From Varibaculum sp. (GTDB taxonomy: Bacteria; Actinomycetota; Actinomycetes; Actinomycetales; Actinomycetaceae): a stretch of 64,000 nucleotides of DNA. Where the stretch lies: contig JAXDTI010000001.1 in NCBI GenBank assembly GCA_034090045.1, positions 7,092 to 71,091 of the forward strand, read 5' to 3'. Below the pieces are notes generated by a model. It searched no databases and was not told the origin of the DNA. It saw nothing but the letters and a program-made list of their open reading frames with translations. The number at the start of each line of letters is the position of its first letter. Positions within the stretch are counted from its first letter, which is position 1. Shown here one piece after another: positions 26,187 to 35,117 of the stretch. The translations under genes were made by a program, and so were the position numbers.

Positions 26187-26862
26187 TCCCAAATCCGAAA
26201 GTGCTCCTGTATGCTGTTTCCGCATCGGTGGTTTCCAAGCAAACCTTCCTCTTCACTCGACCGTTGTCTAACACAACAACCTCATCAGCCAATCCGTCAA
26301 GAAAACTGAGAACATGACTAGAAACCAATACAATCGCACCCCGCCTTGTTGCTCGCATAATTTCATCCTTCAGGATTAACGTGGTTTGAATATCTACAGA
26401 ATTAAGAGGCTCATCCAGAATCAATAATTGCGGTTCACCGGAAAATGCACACGCAAGTGCCAACCGTCTTTCCATTCCTTGTGACAGCTGGTTTATCGGT
26501 GCATCTATGAAATCATCGCATTTAAACCGCATCAAGGAGCTTTCCTCATTTTTTACGGTTATTCCACGCATTACAGCATCGAATTTATAGAATTGTCGGC
26601 AAGTAAAATTCTCAAAAGCATATGCCTGTTGAGGTAAATACCCCACGCTGCTGCGCGATACCTCCACGATAGGAACTGTTTGAAAGAGCACATCACCGGA
26701 ATCTGAATCAGATACTCCAGCTATCACTTCGAATAAAGTGCTCTTACCCGCACCATTTGGCCCAACAATTCCGCATACTTGACCTCTCTGAACTGTGAAA
26801 TCTATCGAAGTAATACCTGCACCGTTTCTATAGTGTTTTACTAGATTGGATATTTCGAGCAT
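26167..26862 (-). CDS. ABC transporter ATP-binding protein
   Basis: Walker A GPNGAGKST, atypical signature LSQGM, Walker B LLILDEP, H-loop SSH. The ATG at 26862 has GGAGGAG upstream. Confidence 0.85.
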   Translation of the reverse strand: MLEISNLVKHYRNGAGITSIDFTVQRGQVCGIVGPNGAGKSTLFEVIAGVSDSDSGDVLFQTVPIVEVSRSSVGYLPQQAYAFENFTCRQFYKFDAVMRGITVKNEESSLMRFKCDDFIDAPINQLSQGMERRLALACAFSGEPQLLILDEPLNSVDIQTTLILKDEIMRATRRGAIVLVSSHVLSFLDGLADEVVVLDNGRVKRKVCLETTDAETAYRSTFGFGNVDDER

Positions 26863-27926
26863 CTCGGTCTCCTCCAGACAGCTAGCAGAACGATTGACAG
26901 TATTGGAAATAGTGCACATACTATAAAGACCCCGACAGCGGTAAAATTAACATATTCGGGTTCTGAACGTTCAATATAAATTTGTATGACTGCAGTTACC
27001 AGTGCAAGCGAAACACTTAAGAACAAGAAGGATAATAATTCGGTTCTGATATTATCCTCAACCAACACACCTAATTTAAAAGCGATACCAAAAGATAACA
27101 GTAGAAAAACCGACTCTAGTATCAGCATTCCAAACACCTTCTCGTGCAGGGATGGTCTATAAAACCGATTGATAAACACAAATCCGTTTTCACAAAGACC
27201 TGTTGTTATATCTATCTGAATAGCAATCGCTGCAAATAGTGCAACAATACTCTGCGCAACAACTCCGAAGTCAAACTGATTAATCGCAGCGAAACCTGCC
27301 AGAGAAAAGACTAAATCAATAACTACCAGTAAAGGTGCCGTTAGACGAAGGAAAACATAACTGATAGCTATAATTCTATTATTAGGAACAGGTAGGATAC
27401 TTAATAACCTGGTTGTTTTAGATCCATTCGATACGGATACGTTGCTAAGCTTCCAAGCATATCCGGTTGCAATAGCAAACATGTAGAACAGAGCAATAGT
27501 GAACACAAAAACCAACAGGTACCATGAAAACATAGAAAAAAACCTGCTGACAGAAATTGTACAAAAAGCCGCAAACATCGAAACCACCCCAACTGGGCAG
27601 AGCAGCAACAAAAAGAGCCAGATTAATGAAGACTTTTGAAAACCTAAATAGTGAAGATACTTATTTTTTCCATCGTAGAAATCCATGTATATCAATCTTC
27701 CTGCCAGCACAACCGGCACGAATAAAAAAGCACAAGCTACAACAGGCAGAATATAGGGGTTGAGATAACCTGCATTTTCCATTACTTTCAGTTCATCGAG
27801 CATAACAAGTAACAGCAAAAGGGCAACACACGACATAGCTAGAGAACGAACCCATTGAGTCTTGAGAACGCACAGAGGGGAAGATGCGCTCAGATAAGTG
27901 CGCATAAACATGCAACTCTCTTTCAC
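26841..27926 (-). CDS. Polytopic membrane protein (about 9-10 TM), presumed permease partner of the adjacent ATPase; family unknown
   Basis: 361-aa hydrophobic ORF whose end overlaps the ATPase start by 22 nt. Confidence 0.6.
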   Translation of the reverse strand: MKESCMFMRTYLSASSPLCVLKTQWVRSLAMSCVALLLLLVMLDELKVMENAGYLNPYILPVVACAFLFVPVVLAGRLIYMDFYDGKNKYLHYLGFQKSSLIWLFLLLLCPVGVVSMFAAFCTISVSRFFSMFSWYLLVFVFTIALFYMFAIATGYAWKLSNVSVSNGSKTTRLLSILPVPNNRIIAISYVFLRLTAPLLVVIDLVFSLAGFAAINQFDFGVVAQSIVALFAAIAIQIDITTGLCENGFVFINRFYRPSLHEKVFGMLILESVFLLLSFGIAFKLGVLVEDNIRTELLSFLFLSVSLALVTAVIQIYIERSEPEYVNFTAVGVFIVCALFPILSIVLLAVWRRPRCSKYPI

Positions 27927-27970
27927 ATACCATCCTCAGATAAGTATTTTTTGGACACTAAATCCGTTTT

Positions 27971-28210
27971 TCATAGATTCATATGTTCCAGAATTCTGGA
28001 CACCTGATACCTGGATACAGATAGACCACTTTTATTACATTCGTCCACCAATGCACAAACACTGATATCTGGTTTTCGCGTTTTAAGATCAGTAATTAGT
28101 GCCTCACATTCAGTCTTCAGGTGTTGTTTTTTCTCATTTTTCTCCTGATTTGCTATGGAATAGTACACGCTTGATCTCGGAACTCCAAGCAATTCACATT
28201 TTTTCAACAT
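27971..28210 (-). pseudogene. IS3-family transposase N-terminal HTH fragment (about 80 codons, no DDE domain)
   Basis: MLKKCELLGVPRSSVYYSI...GLSVSRYQVSRILEHMNL resembles the HTH_21 region preceding the rve domain of IS3 OrfB proteins. The ORF stops 44 bp before the next gene. It could alternatively act as a small regulator. Confidence 0.45.
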
Positions 28211-28319
28211 CGATACCCCCCCCCTGTCTTCCGATGAGTTTTGCGCTATCATTAAACGCTTCTCGCGGGAAATGTATATCTAACTACGCGTCCTTCGGGA
28301 TATGCCTACTGACAATAAC

Positions 28320-28363
28320 ATTGGTGGGGATGATGACGTAACTTGCGTATCATCCCCACCAAT
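28320..28363. repeat. Perfect 15-bp inverted repeat with a 14-nt loop at the right end of the island
   Basis: ATTGGTGGGGATGAT-GACGTAACTTGCGT-ATCATCCCCACCAAT. It begins 6 nt downstream of the present bcp stop codon on the minus strand. Confidence 0.9.
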
Positions 28364-28368
28364 TGAAA

Positions 28369-28854
28369 CTAAATGTGCCTTTCTTGGAGGGAGCCAACCC
28401 GGTCATAGAGGCGTGCGACATGACCGGTGGCTTTCACGTTGTATTGCGCGAGCAGCACCCGGGAGTCTTTACCAACCACCACTGTAGAGCGAATCACTCC
28501 CTCATATACGCGACCGTAATTCTTCTTTTCGCCCCAGGCACCCCAGGCAGCCAACACCTCGTGAGCCGGATCGGAAGCCAAGGTGAACGGCAGCGTGTAT
28601 TTCTCGGCGAAACGATCCAGGCGCTCAACGGGATCCGGCGACACGCCAACCACCCGCCACCCGGTAAAACGCGCGAAAGAATCCCGAAAATCACAGGCCT
28701 CCGTGGTACATCCAGGGGTCATAGCTTTCGGATAGAAATAAACGATCGCACCTATTTCTGCCCGCTCCAGTTCTTCGGCGAGGCTAATCTCGCCGCCACC
28801 TGCCGTACGCAAAGTAAAATCGGGGGCAACCTCTCCCACCTCAAGTTTCGCCAT
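28369..28854 (-). CDS. bcp: Thioredoxin-dependent thiol peroxidase (peroxiredoxin Bcp), C-terminal 8 codons supplied by the inserted island
   Basis: Matching segments are MAKLEVGEVAPDFTL... and YFYPKAMTPGCTTEAC (peroxidatic and resolving Cys). Confidence 0.9.
   Translation of the reverse strand: MAKLEVGEVAPDFTLRTAGGGEISLAEELERAEIGAIVYFYPKAMTPGCTTEACDFRDSFARFTGWRVVGVSPDPVERLDRFAEKYTLPFTLASDPAHEVLAAWGAWGEKKNYGRVYEGVIRSTVVVGKDSRVLLAQYNVKATGHVARLYDRVGSLQERHI
28395..28434. repeat. Right 40-bp direct repeat of the bcp island (inside the bcp coding sequence)
   Basis: CAACCCGGTCATAGAGGCGTGCGACATGACCGGTGGCTTT. It encodes KATGHVARLYDRV on the minus strand. Confidence 0.95.
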
Positions 28855-28983
28855 TTCAATATCCTTACCCGCGAGCCTTAATCACTGTCTAAAGGCTACC
28901 GCATTGCCGGATTGGGCGTGCCACATCTCTGGCGACACCCACCATCACACAGCTAGGATTAGCGATAGAGCAAAGGAGCCACA

Positions 28984-30033
28984 TTGCGTATTGAAAAAGC
29001 CTGGGCGATTGACGGTCCGCAGGAAAAATTCCACCCCACCACGATTGAGAGGCGCGACCCCGGGCCACATGACGTGTATTTCGAAATCAAGTACGCCGGC
29101 ATTTGCCACTCCGATATTCACACGGCACGTGGCGAATGGCACCCGGATGTGCCATATCCGCTGGTGCCCGGTCACGAAATCGCTGGCATAGTAAAGGAGG
29201 TGGGCTCCGAGGTAACAGGGTTCAAGGTCGGCGACCGGGTCGGCGTGGGCTGCTTCGTGTACTCCTGTGGCGAATGCGAGACCTGCAGGAACGGGCATGA
29301 ACAGTTTTGTGACAGCAACGGTGGCGCGGTCTATACCTATGACTCATACGACCGTGACGGCAAACCCACCAACGGAGGCTATTCCAGCGCAATAACCGTA
29401 GACGAAAACTATATTTGCCACATCCCCGACAGTATCGACCTGCCGCACGCCGCCCCGATCATGTGCGCCGGTATCACCACTTTTGCGCCGCTGAAACGCT
29501 ATGGCGCGGGGCCAGGGAAAAAGGTCGCAATAGTGGGGCTCGGAGGGTTAGGTCACATGGGGGTGCAGATTGCCGCGGCGATGGGTGCAGAAACCCACGT
29601 GATTTCACGAACCCGCAACAAAGCTGAGGATGCCGCACGTTTCGGCGCGGTCGAGCTGCATCCGACAGTCGAGAAGGGCACCTGGGAGGCGATGCGCGGA
29701 CAATTCGACCTGATTCTCTCCACGCTCTCTGACGGTGTAGACCTCGATGACCTGCTGGAATCTGTACGCCCCGAGGGGGTGGTGTGCGTGGTGGGTCTGC
29801 CCGAACACTCCCAGGAATTGAACCTGTCAGGGCTGGTTGGGCAGCAAAGACTGCTGGCGGGGTCGAATATCGGCGGTATCGCGGAAACCCAAGAAGTGCT
29901 GGATTTTTGTGCCGAACACGACATCACACCCCAGATTGAGGTCATTTCGGCTCACCAAATCGATGAGGCATATAACCGCGTAGTGAACTCTCAGGTACGT
30001 TACCGCTACGTAATCGATTCGGCGACACTGTAG
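28984..30033 (+). CDS. Zinc-dependent NAD(P)-alcohol dehydrogenase (cinnamyl-alcohol dehydrogenase/YahK-like)
   Basis: Contains GICHSDIH, GHEIAG, the structural-zinc Cys cluster CGECETCRNGHEQFC, and the GLGGLGH Rossmann motif. TTG start with AAGGAG upstream. Confidence 0.9.
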   Translation: MRIEKAWAIDGPQEKFHPTTIERRDPGPHDVYFEIKYAGICHSDIHTARGEWHPDVPYPLVPGHEIAGIVKEVGSEVTGFKVGDRVGVGCFVYSCGECETCRNGHEQFCDSNGGAVYTYDSYDRDGKPTNGGYSSAITVDENYICHIPDSIDLPHAAPIMCAGITTFAPLKRYGAGPGKKVAIVGLGGLGHMGVQIAAAMGAETHVISRTRNKAEDAARFGAVELHPTVEKGTWEAMRGQFDLILSTLSDGVDLDDLLESVRPEGVVCVVGLPEHSQELNLSGLVGQQRLLAGSNIGGIAETQEVLDFCAEHDITPQIEVISAHQIDEAYNRVVNSQVRYRYVIDSATL

Positions 30034-30042
30034 CAACCTACT

Positions 30043-30879
30043 TTAGGAGACACTCAACTTGAAACCGAAAGTGTGGGTGGCACCGGCGGGGATACGCACT
30101 GCATCGCGCTGCACGTTCCCGATCTCGATGCAGACGAAACGCTGCCACTCGCTGGGCTCCAGAAACTTGTGTTCCCCCACACCCTCCGGGCCGGGGTTCC
30201 AAACTACCGCGTCAATGGCGTTTTCCGGAGTTATCGTCAAGGTTCGCCCACCGGCATCCAAAAAAATCTGACCGACACCGAAATGTATCTCGTCCCGGGG
30301 ACGGTAACGAAGCGACCCGTCCTCGACACGCCAGGCTTTACCGTCCGAACCCTGCACATAGTCGCGGGTTTCACTGCCCTCCAGACCACGGATAAGCACC
30401 TGCCGCACATCCGACACCGCATAGTAGGCGTGCATCACCTCATCAACGAGAACCTCACGGGTAGGCGAAGTCACCGTAACCGCGATTCGCAGTCTCCCAC
30501 CAAACTCCACGTCACAGCGATATTGCAGGTCATCCGGGTAATCTGCGGCTCCCGGCAGGTCAGTAACCGCGCTTTGATCCAAGTTCCAGGTCACGCGAGT
30601 CAAATCATCGGCGAGACGTTCAGCACCAATAAAATCCCATTCAACCCAACGCACCAAACCGTGTGCGCGCGGATGCTCCACCCCGTCAATACCGCCACCG
30701 AACCAGGGCAAACACAGCGGCACGCCCACGTGAGCCTCGTCACGTTCCGCTACGGCATCGCCAGTACGCGAACTGCAGAAAAAAACCTCGGAAGTATCGT
30801 TAGGTTTCCAAGAGATAACATTGGCACCGTAATCCATCGCGTGCAGCACACCCGCCGCGTTACTAAATTCGCGTTCCAC
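30043..30879 (-). CDS. Aldose 1-epimerase family protein (hexose-6-phosphate mutarotase-like)
   Basis: 278 aa containing ...VISWKP...GVPLCLPWFGG.... The GTG start is uncertain. Confidence 0.75.
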   Translation of the reverse strand: MEREFSNAAGVLHAMDYGANVISWKPNDTSEVFFCSSRTGDAVAERDEAHVGVPLCLPWFGGGIDGVEHPRAHGLVRWVEWDFIGAERLADDLTRVTWNLDQSAVTDLPGAADYPDDLQYRCDVEFGGRLRIAVTVTSPTREVLVDEVMHAYYAVSDVRQVLIRGLEGSETRDYVQGSDGKAWRVEDGSLRYRPRDEIHFGVGQIFLDAGGRTLTITPENAIDAVVWNPGPEGVGEHKFLEPSEWQRFVCIEIGNVQRDAVRIPAGATHTFGFKLSVS

Positions 30880-30901
30880 TCCCCCCAGCCTATAGGGGGA
30901 A

Positions 30902-31174
30902 GTTCGGTCAGCCTAGCTGTGCGCGAGAAAAACTACGTTTCCAAACTTCCAGCGTCGTTGACCTCACCAACAAAGCAAGCCTTGCCGTTCGGTCTGCCTA
31001 GCTGTGCGCGAGAAAAACTACGTTTCCAAACTTCCAGCGTCGTTGACCTCACCAACAAAGCAAGCTTTACCGTTCGGTCTGCCTAGCTGTGCGCGAGAAA
31101 AACTACGTTTCCAAGCTTCCAGCGTCGTTGACCTCACCAACAAAGCAAGCTTTGCCGTTCGGTCTGCCTAGCTG

Positions 31175-31180
<6 letters not shown>
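30902..31180. repeat. Tandem repeat, 85-bp unit x about 3.3, abutting and including the last 6 nt of tRNA-Leu
   Basis: Units start at 30911, 30996, 31081 and 31166 (GCCTAGCTGTGCGCG...). Copies differ from each other at 2-3 positions. Confidence 0.95.
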
Positions 31181-31256
<76 letters not shown>

Positions 31257-31304
31257 GCCCCCTAAGTCTATTCTTAAATAACCGTATAACAATAAACGGC
31301 GCGG

Positions 31305-31697
31305 TCACTCGGTCGAGCACTGGTCTAGCAGCACCTTTCGGGTAACGAAGTTCCATACGGCGACAACAATAGTGGCGACGATTTTACTTATCAGGTAACT
31401 GACACCAGCCAGGTCGGTACAAACCCACATGAACAGGTCGTTTATACCCAACCCGATTAGGGAACCGACGAGGAACACCACGATTTCAAAGGTTCGGGTG
31501 CGATCCTGGCGGTGTCGAAACACATAGCGCATCGAAGCCAGATAGTTGAAGATGACCGACACGGTAAAGGAGATGGTTGCGCTCACCAGGTAGTGCAAAC
31601 CGACAACTTCGGTGAGGAACACGAGCAGAGCATAGTCGATGACGAAAGCGCTAACCCCGACAATACCGAAAGCAAAAACCTGTCGAATCAGTCGCAC
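31305..31697 (-). CDS. GtrA family membrane protein
   Basis: Contains VRLIRQVFAFGIVGVSAFVIDYALLVFL... and ...WNFVTRKVLL, with 4 TM helices. The start is chosen at GTG 31697 (AGAGGA upstream, just after the DUF2304 stop). ATG 31745 or GTG 31757 are also possible. Confidence 0.75.
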   Translation of the reverse strand: MRLIRQVFAFGIVGVSAFVIDYALLVFLTEVVGLHYLVSATISFTVSVIFNYLASMRYVFRHRQDRTRTFEIVVFLVGSLIGLGINDLFMWVCTDLAGVSYLISKIVATIVVAVWNFVTRKVLLDQCSTE

Positions 31698-31719
31698 GGG
31701 TTGCTGTCCTCTAGCGATC

Positions 31720-32142
31720 TCAACCGACGGTTTTGTCTGTTGCATCGCCAGTTTCACCCCGGTTTGCTGTTGTTTCAGGGGCAGTGGCGAGCGGTTTCAC
31801 GGCGAGGTTTTCCGGGTGAGAACGCGCAATGGTGAGTTCTTGGGCGAGATCCGCTATCTTCCATTCCAGGGTGTTTACGCGGCGATAACTGACAACCGCA
31901 TAGGACAGGAAAGCTATCACCAGCAGGTACAGCAGCAGGTCGGTGCCGCGCCCCACCCCAACCCAACCGGCAACAATACCGGTGACATCCGGGAAAATGA
32001 TTGATACGACAGCGAGCACCACGAACACCAGCAGCAGCAGCCGGCGCAGCGCCACGTTCTTACTGTTACCGGTGGAACGCACCAGGAACCAGGCAATCAC
32101 CAGCACCGTCAAGATGAGCAGCGTCTTTATTACTATCTGCAT
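31720..32142 (-). CDS. DUF2304-type small membrane protein
   Basis: 140 aa with 3-4 TM helices and a C-terminal coiled segment (LEWKIADLAQELTIAR). This is the usual partner downstream of a GT2 gene. Confidence 0.7.
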   Translation of the reverse strand: MQIVIKTLLILTVLVIAWFLVRSTGNSKNVALRRLLLLVFVVLAVVSIIFPDVTGIVAGWVGVGRGTDLLLYLLVIAFLSYAVVSYRRVNTLEWKIADLAQELTIARSHPENLAVKPLATAPETTANRGETGDATDKTVG

Positions 32143-32203
32143 TCTGGTTCCTCCTGTGTTTTAGCCTATAAATAAAATCTTAAAGGGCAGCGCCTTCATT
32201 TTT

Positions 32204-32887
32204 TCAACGCCGCGGATCATTCGGCTCGAAAAGCATATCGGTGAGAATGTTTATGCCGTTGAGGAGGCTCTGACCCTTGGCGCGCGAATAGTCAGTGTAG
32301 TCGATAGTGACGGGTTCTTCCGCCCAGGACAAACCGGTGCGGGCAAGTTGAGTAACCATTTGGGAGGCGTGCGCCATGCGGCTTTGGGTGATGTGCAGCC
32401 GGGCGGCGGCATCACGACGCAGCACCCGCAAACCATTGTGTGCGTCAGTGAGTTGGATGCCGTTGCGCCAGTGAGCCACACGGGCAGCGGTGACAAGCAC
32501 CAATCGTTTCAACCATCCTGCCTGGTGAGAGCCGGTCAGGAAACGGGATCCGAGAACAAAAGCGAGATTGTCGGTGGCGGCACGGCAGATCATGCGCAGG
32601 GCATCGGCAGGGCGGTGTTGCCCGTCAGCGTCAAAAGTGACGATATATTCAGCATCGGTATAGGTGAGCACCCAGGTGATGCCGGTTTGCAAGGCCGCGC
32701 CCTGACCGAGGTTAATAGGGTGTTCGATGACGGTAGCACCGGCGGCACGGGCAAGCTCGGCGGAGTTATCGGTGGAACCGTCGTTGACGCAGAGGATATT
32801 GGGGAAAGTTTCGTGGGCTTTGCTGACTACCTCGGAGATGACCTGTTCCTCATTATAGAGTGGCACCACCAACCAGGTTCTCGCCAC
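32204..32887 (-). CDS. Glycosyltransferase family 2
   Basis: Contains LVVPLYNEEQVI...CVNDGSTDNS...TFDADGQH (DxD). The start is uncertain: GTG 32887 is chosen, and the track ORF extends to 33082. Confidence 0.8.
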   Translation of the reverse strand: MARTWLVVPLYNEEQVISEVVSKAHETFPNILCVNDGSTDNSAELARAAGATVIEHPINLGQGAALQTGITWVLTYTDAEYIVTFDADGQHRPADALRMICRAATDNLAFVLGSRFLTGSHQAGWLKRLVLVTAARVAHWRNGIQLTDAHNGLRVLRRDAAARLHITQSRMAHASQMVTQLARTGLSWAEEPVTIDYTDYSRAKGQSLLNGINILTDMLFEPNDPRR

Positions 32888-33135
32888 CAGCTCGGCATCC
32901 GGCGTGCCCGCACACCTAATCCCAGTATCCCCGGTGCCTGTCACGGCATTCCCCGCATCACTACTCACATCCCCAATCTTGCCACACCTGCCTTGAAACC
33001 CCCTGCACACCAGCGCGCCTGCCAGCCGTGACCGCCCTGAACCGGGCGAGTTGATAGGTATCCCTACAGTTGCGGGCACCACCCGTCAATCAGCCCGGCG
33101 CGGGGTCAGTAGGTACTCGTCTCACGGTTGCCAAC

Positions 33136-33273
<138 letters not shown>

Positions 33274-33405
33274 CTACGCGTAACCAGGGTGAGCTGCTGC
33301 ACATCTCGGAGCGTTCCGCACCTAGCAGCCTAAAACCCCTTTAGACTTGTGACGACACGGTTCTTTATTACCAGAACCAATTCAACCTACATATGAGGAG
33401 CAGTT

Positions 33406-34011
33406 ATGGGGAATCCACCACGGATTATTGATTCGGCTGATGTTTCAAATGAGGCACAGATTGGAGACGGGTCGAGTGTGTGGCATCTGGCGCAGGTGCG
33501 TGAACACGCGGTGCTGGGCGAGAACTGTATTATCGGACGGGGCGCCTATATTGGTGAAGGTGTGCGCCTGGGCGATAACTGCAAGGTGCAAAACTATGCC
33601 CTGGTATATGAACCGGCAGAACTGGCTAACGGAGTGTTTATTGGTCCGGCAGTGGTACTCACTAACGATCACTGGCCACGGGCAATCAATCCGGACGGTA
33701 GCATCAAATCGGCTGATGATTGGGATCAGGTTGGTGTGACGATTGGCACAGGCGCGGCTGTGGGGGCGCGCAGCGTGTGTGTTGCGCCGGTACGAATCGG
33801 GGCGTGGGCGCTGGTTGCTGCGGGTTCGGTTGTGGTTCAAGATGTTCCGGATTTTGCCCTGGTTGCTGGCGTTCCGGCTCGGCGTATCGGCTGGGTCGGT
33901 AAGGCCGGGGTAAAGTTGGAGCAGGTGCCGGGGAGCACGGACAGGTTCCGTTGCCCAGCTTCTGGTGCCGAGTATATTCAGACCGGTGAGAACAGCCTGA
34001 AGGAGGCTTGA
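33406..34011 (+). CDS. Left-handed beta-helix N-acetyltransferase (WbpD/WlbB-like)
   Basis: Hexapeptide repeats run throughout; GAGGAG precedes the ATG. It is followed by a DegT aminotransferase and a Gfo/Idh/MocA oxidoreductase. Confidence 0.82.
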   Translation: MGNPPRIIDSADVSNEAQIGDGSSVWHLAQVREHAVLGENCIIGRGAYIGEGVRLGDNCKVQNYALVYEPAELANGVFIGPAVVLTNDHWPRAINPDGSIKSADDWDQVGVTIGTGAAVGARSVCVAPVRIGAWALVAAGSVVVQDVPDFALVAGVPARRIGWVGKAGVKLEQVPGSTDRFRCPASGAEYIQTGENSLKEA

Positions 34012-34016
34012 TTTCA

Positions 34017-35117
34017 ATGTCTAAGGGTTTTATTCCTGCGGCTCGTCCGTTGATAGGTGATGAGGAACGCGCCGCGGTTGATGCGGTGCTCGCCAGTGGC
34101 ATGGTTGCGCAGGGTCCGCAGGTTGCGGCATTTGAGGAAGAGTTTTCGGCGCAGATGGTGCAGGGCGCTTCATGCGCGGCTGTGAACTCTGGTACTTCAG
34201 CACTCCATGTTGGCTTGTTGGCTGCGGGTATCGGTCGGGGCGATGAGGTTATCGTGCCGTCCTTTACTTTTGCGGCGACCGGTAACTCGGTGGCTATTTC
34301 GGGTGCAACCCCGGTGTTTGCTGATATTGAGGCCGATTATTTCTGTATGGACCCGGCTGATGTCGAGGCAAAAATCACTGACAAAACGAAAGGCATCATG
34401 CCGGTGCACCTCTATGGTCATCCAGCGAATATGGATGCTTTAATGGATATCGCTAAGCGCCATAACTTGATGGTGTTTGAGGATTGTGCGCAGGCTCACG
34501 GCGCATCCCTGCACGGTAAAAATGTTGGCACCTTTGGTGTGTTCGGTGGTTTCAGTTTCTATCCGACAAAGAACATGACTGCCGGCGAGGGCGGCATGAT
34601 CAGCACCCAGAATCCGGATGTGTTGCGGCGCGCCCAGATGCTTCGTAATCAGGGCATGGAACAGCGTTACGCTAACGAGTTGGTGGGGTTGAACAACCGG
34701 ATGACCGATATTAACGCGGCGATTGGGCGTGAGCAGCTCAAAAAAGTTGGTGCCTGGACTGAGACGCGACAGGCCAACGCGAAATACCTTTCCGATAACA
34801 TCACCGGAGTGATCACACCGAAAGTCGCAGACGGTGCGGTACACGTGTACCACCAGTACACGATTCGTGTAGAGAATGATCGTGATGGTTTCCAACAGGC
34901 CTTAAAGGACGAATATGAGATTGGTTCGGGCGTGTATTACCCGATTCCGAACCACAGGTTGCCGTCCCTGACACCGTATGCTCCGGACGTGGAGTTGCCG
35001 ACCACCGAGATGGTCGCGAAACAGTGCCTGTCACTGCCGGTACATCCCTCGCTCGATGCCGAGGATCTGGATCGGATCGTGAACGCGGTATCGACGCTGG
35101 CGAAAGCTGGTGCGTGA
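34017..35117 (+). CDS. DegT/DnrJ/EryC1/StrS family sugar aminotransferase (WbpE/WlbC-like)
   Basis: Contains MSKGFIPAARPLIGDEE..., ...SGTSALH... and ...SFYPTKNMT (PLP-lysine region). AGGAGG lies 10 nt before the ATG at 34017. Confidence 0.9.
   Translation: MSKGFIPAARPLIGDEERAAVDAVLASGMVAQGPQVAAFEEEFSAQMVQGASCAAVNSGTSALHVGLLAAGIGRGDEVIVPSFTFAATGNSVAISGATPVFADIEADYFCMDPADVEAKITDKTKGIMPVHLYGHPANMDALMDIAKRHNLMVFEDCAQAHGASLHGKNVGTFGVFGGFSFYPTKNMTAGEGGMISTQNPDVLRRAQMLRNQGMEQRYANELVGLNNRMTDINAAIGREQLKKVGAWTETRQANAKYLSDNITGVITPKVADGAVHVYHQYTIRVENDRDGFQQALKDEYEIGSGVYYPIPNHRLPSLTPYAPDVELPTTEMVAKQCLSLPVHPSLDAEDLDRIVNAVSTLAKAGA

Larger units (their letters stand above)
24215..28394. mobile_element. AT-rich integrated island (about 4.2 kb) without its own recombinase
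   Basis: It is bounded by 40-bp direct repeats. There is an abrupt drop in GC (hand counts about 35-40% against 55-65% outside). It disrupts and replaces the last codons of bcp and contains an IS3-type transposase stub. Confidence 0.8.

Noticed and set aside
30073-31086. 337-aa plus-strand ORF
   Set aside because: It is antisense to the aldose-epimerase gene and then reads straight through the 85-bp tandem repeats, so its protein simply repeats the unit. It is an artefact.
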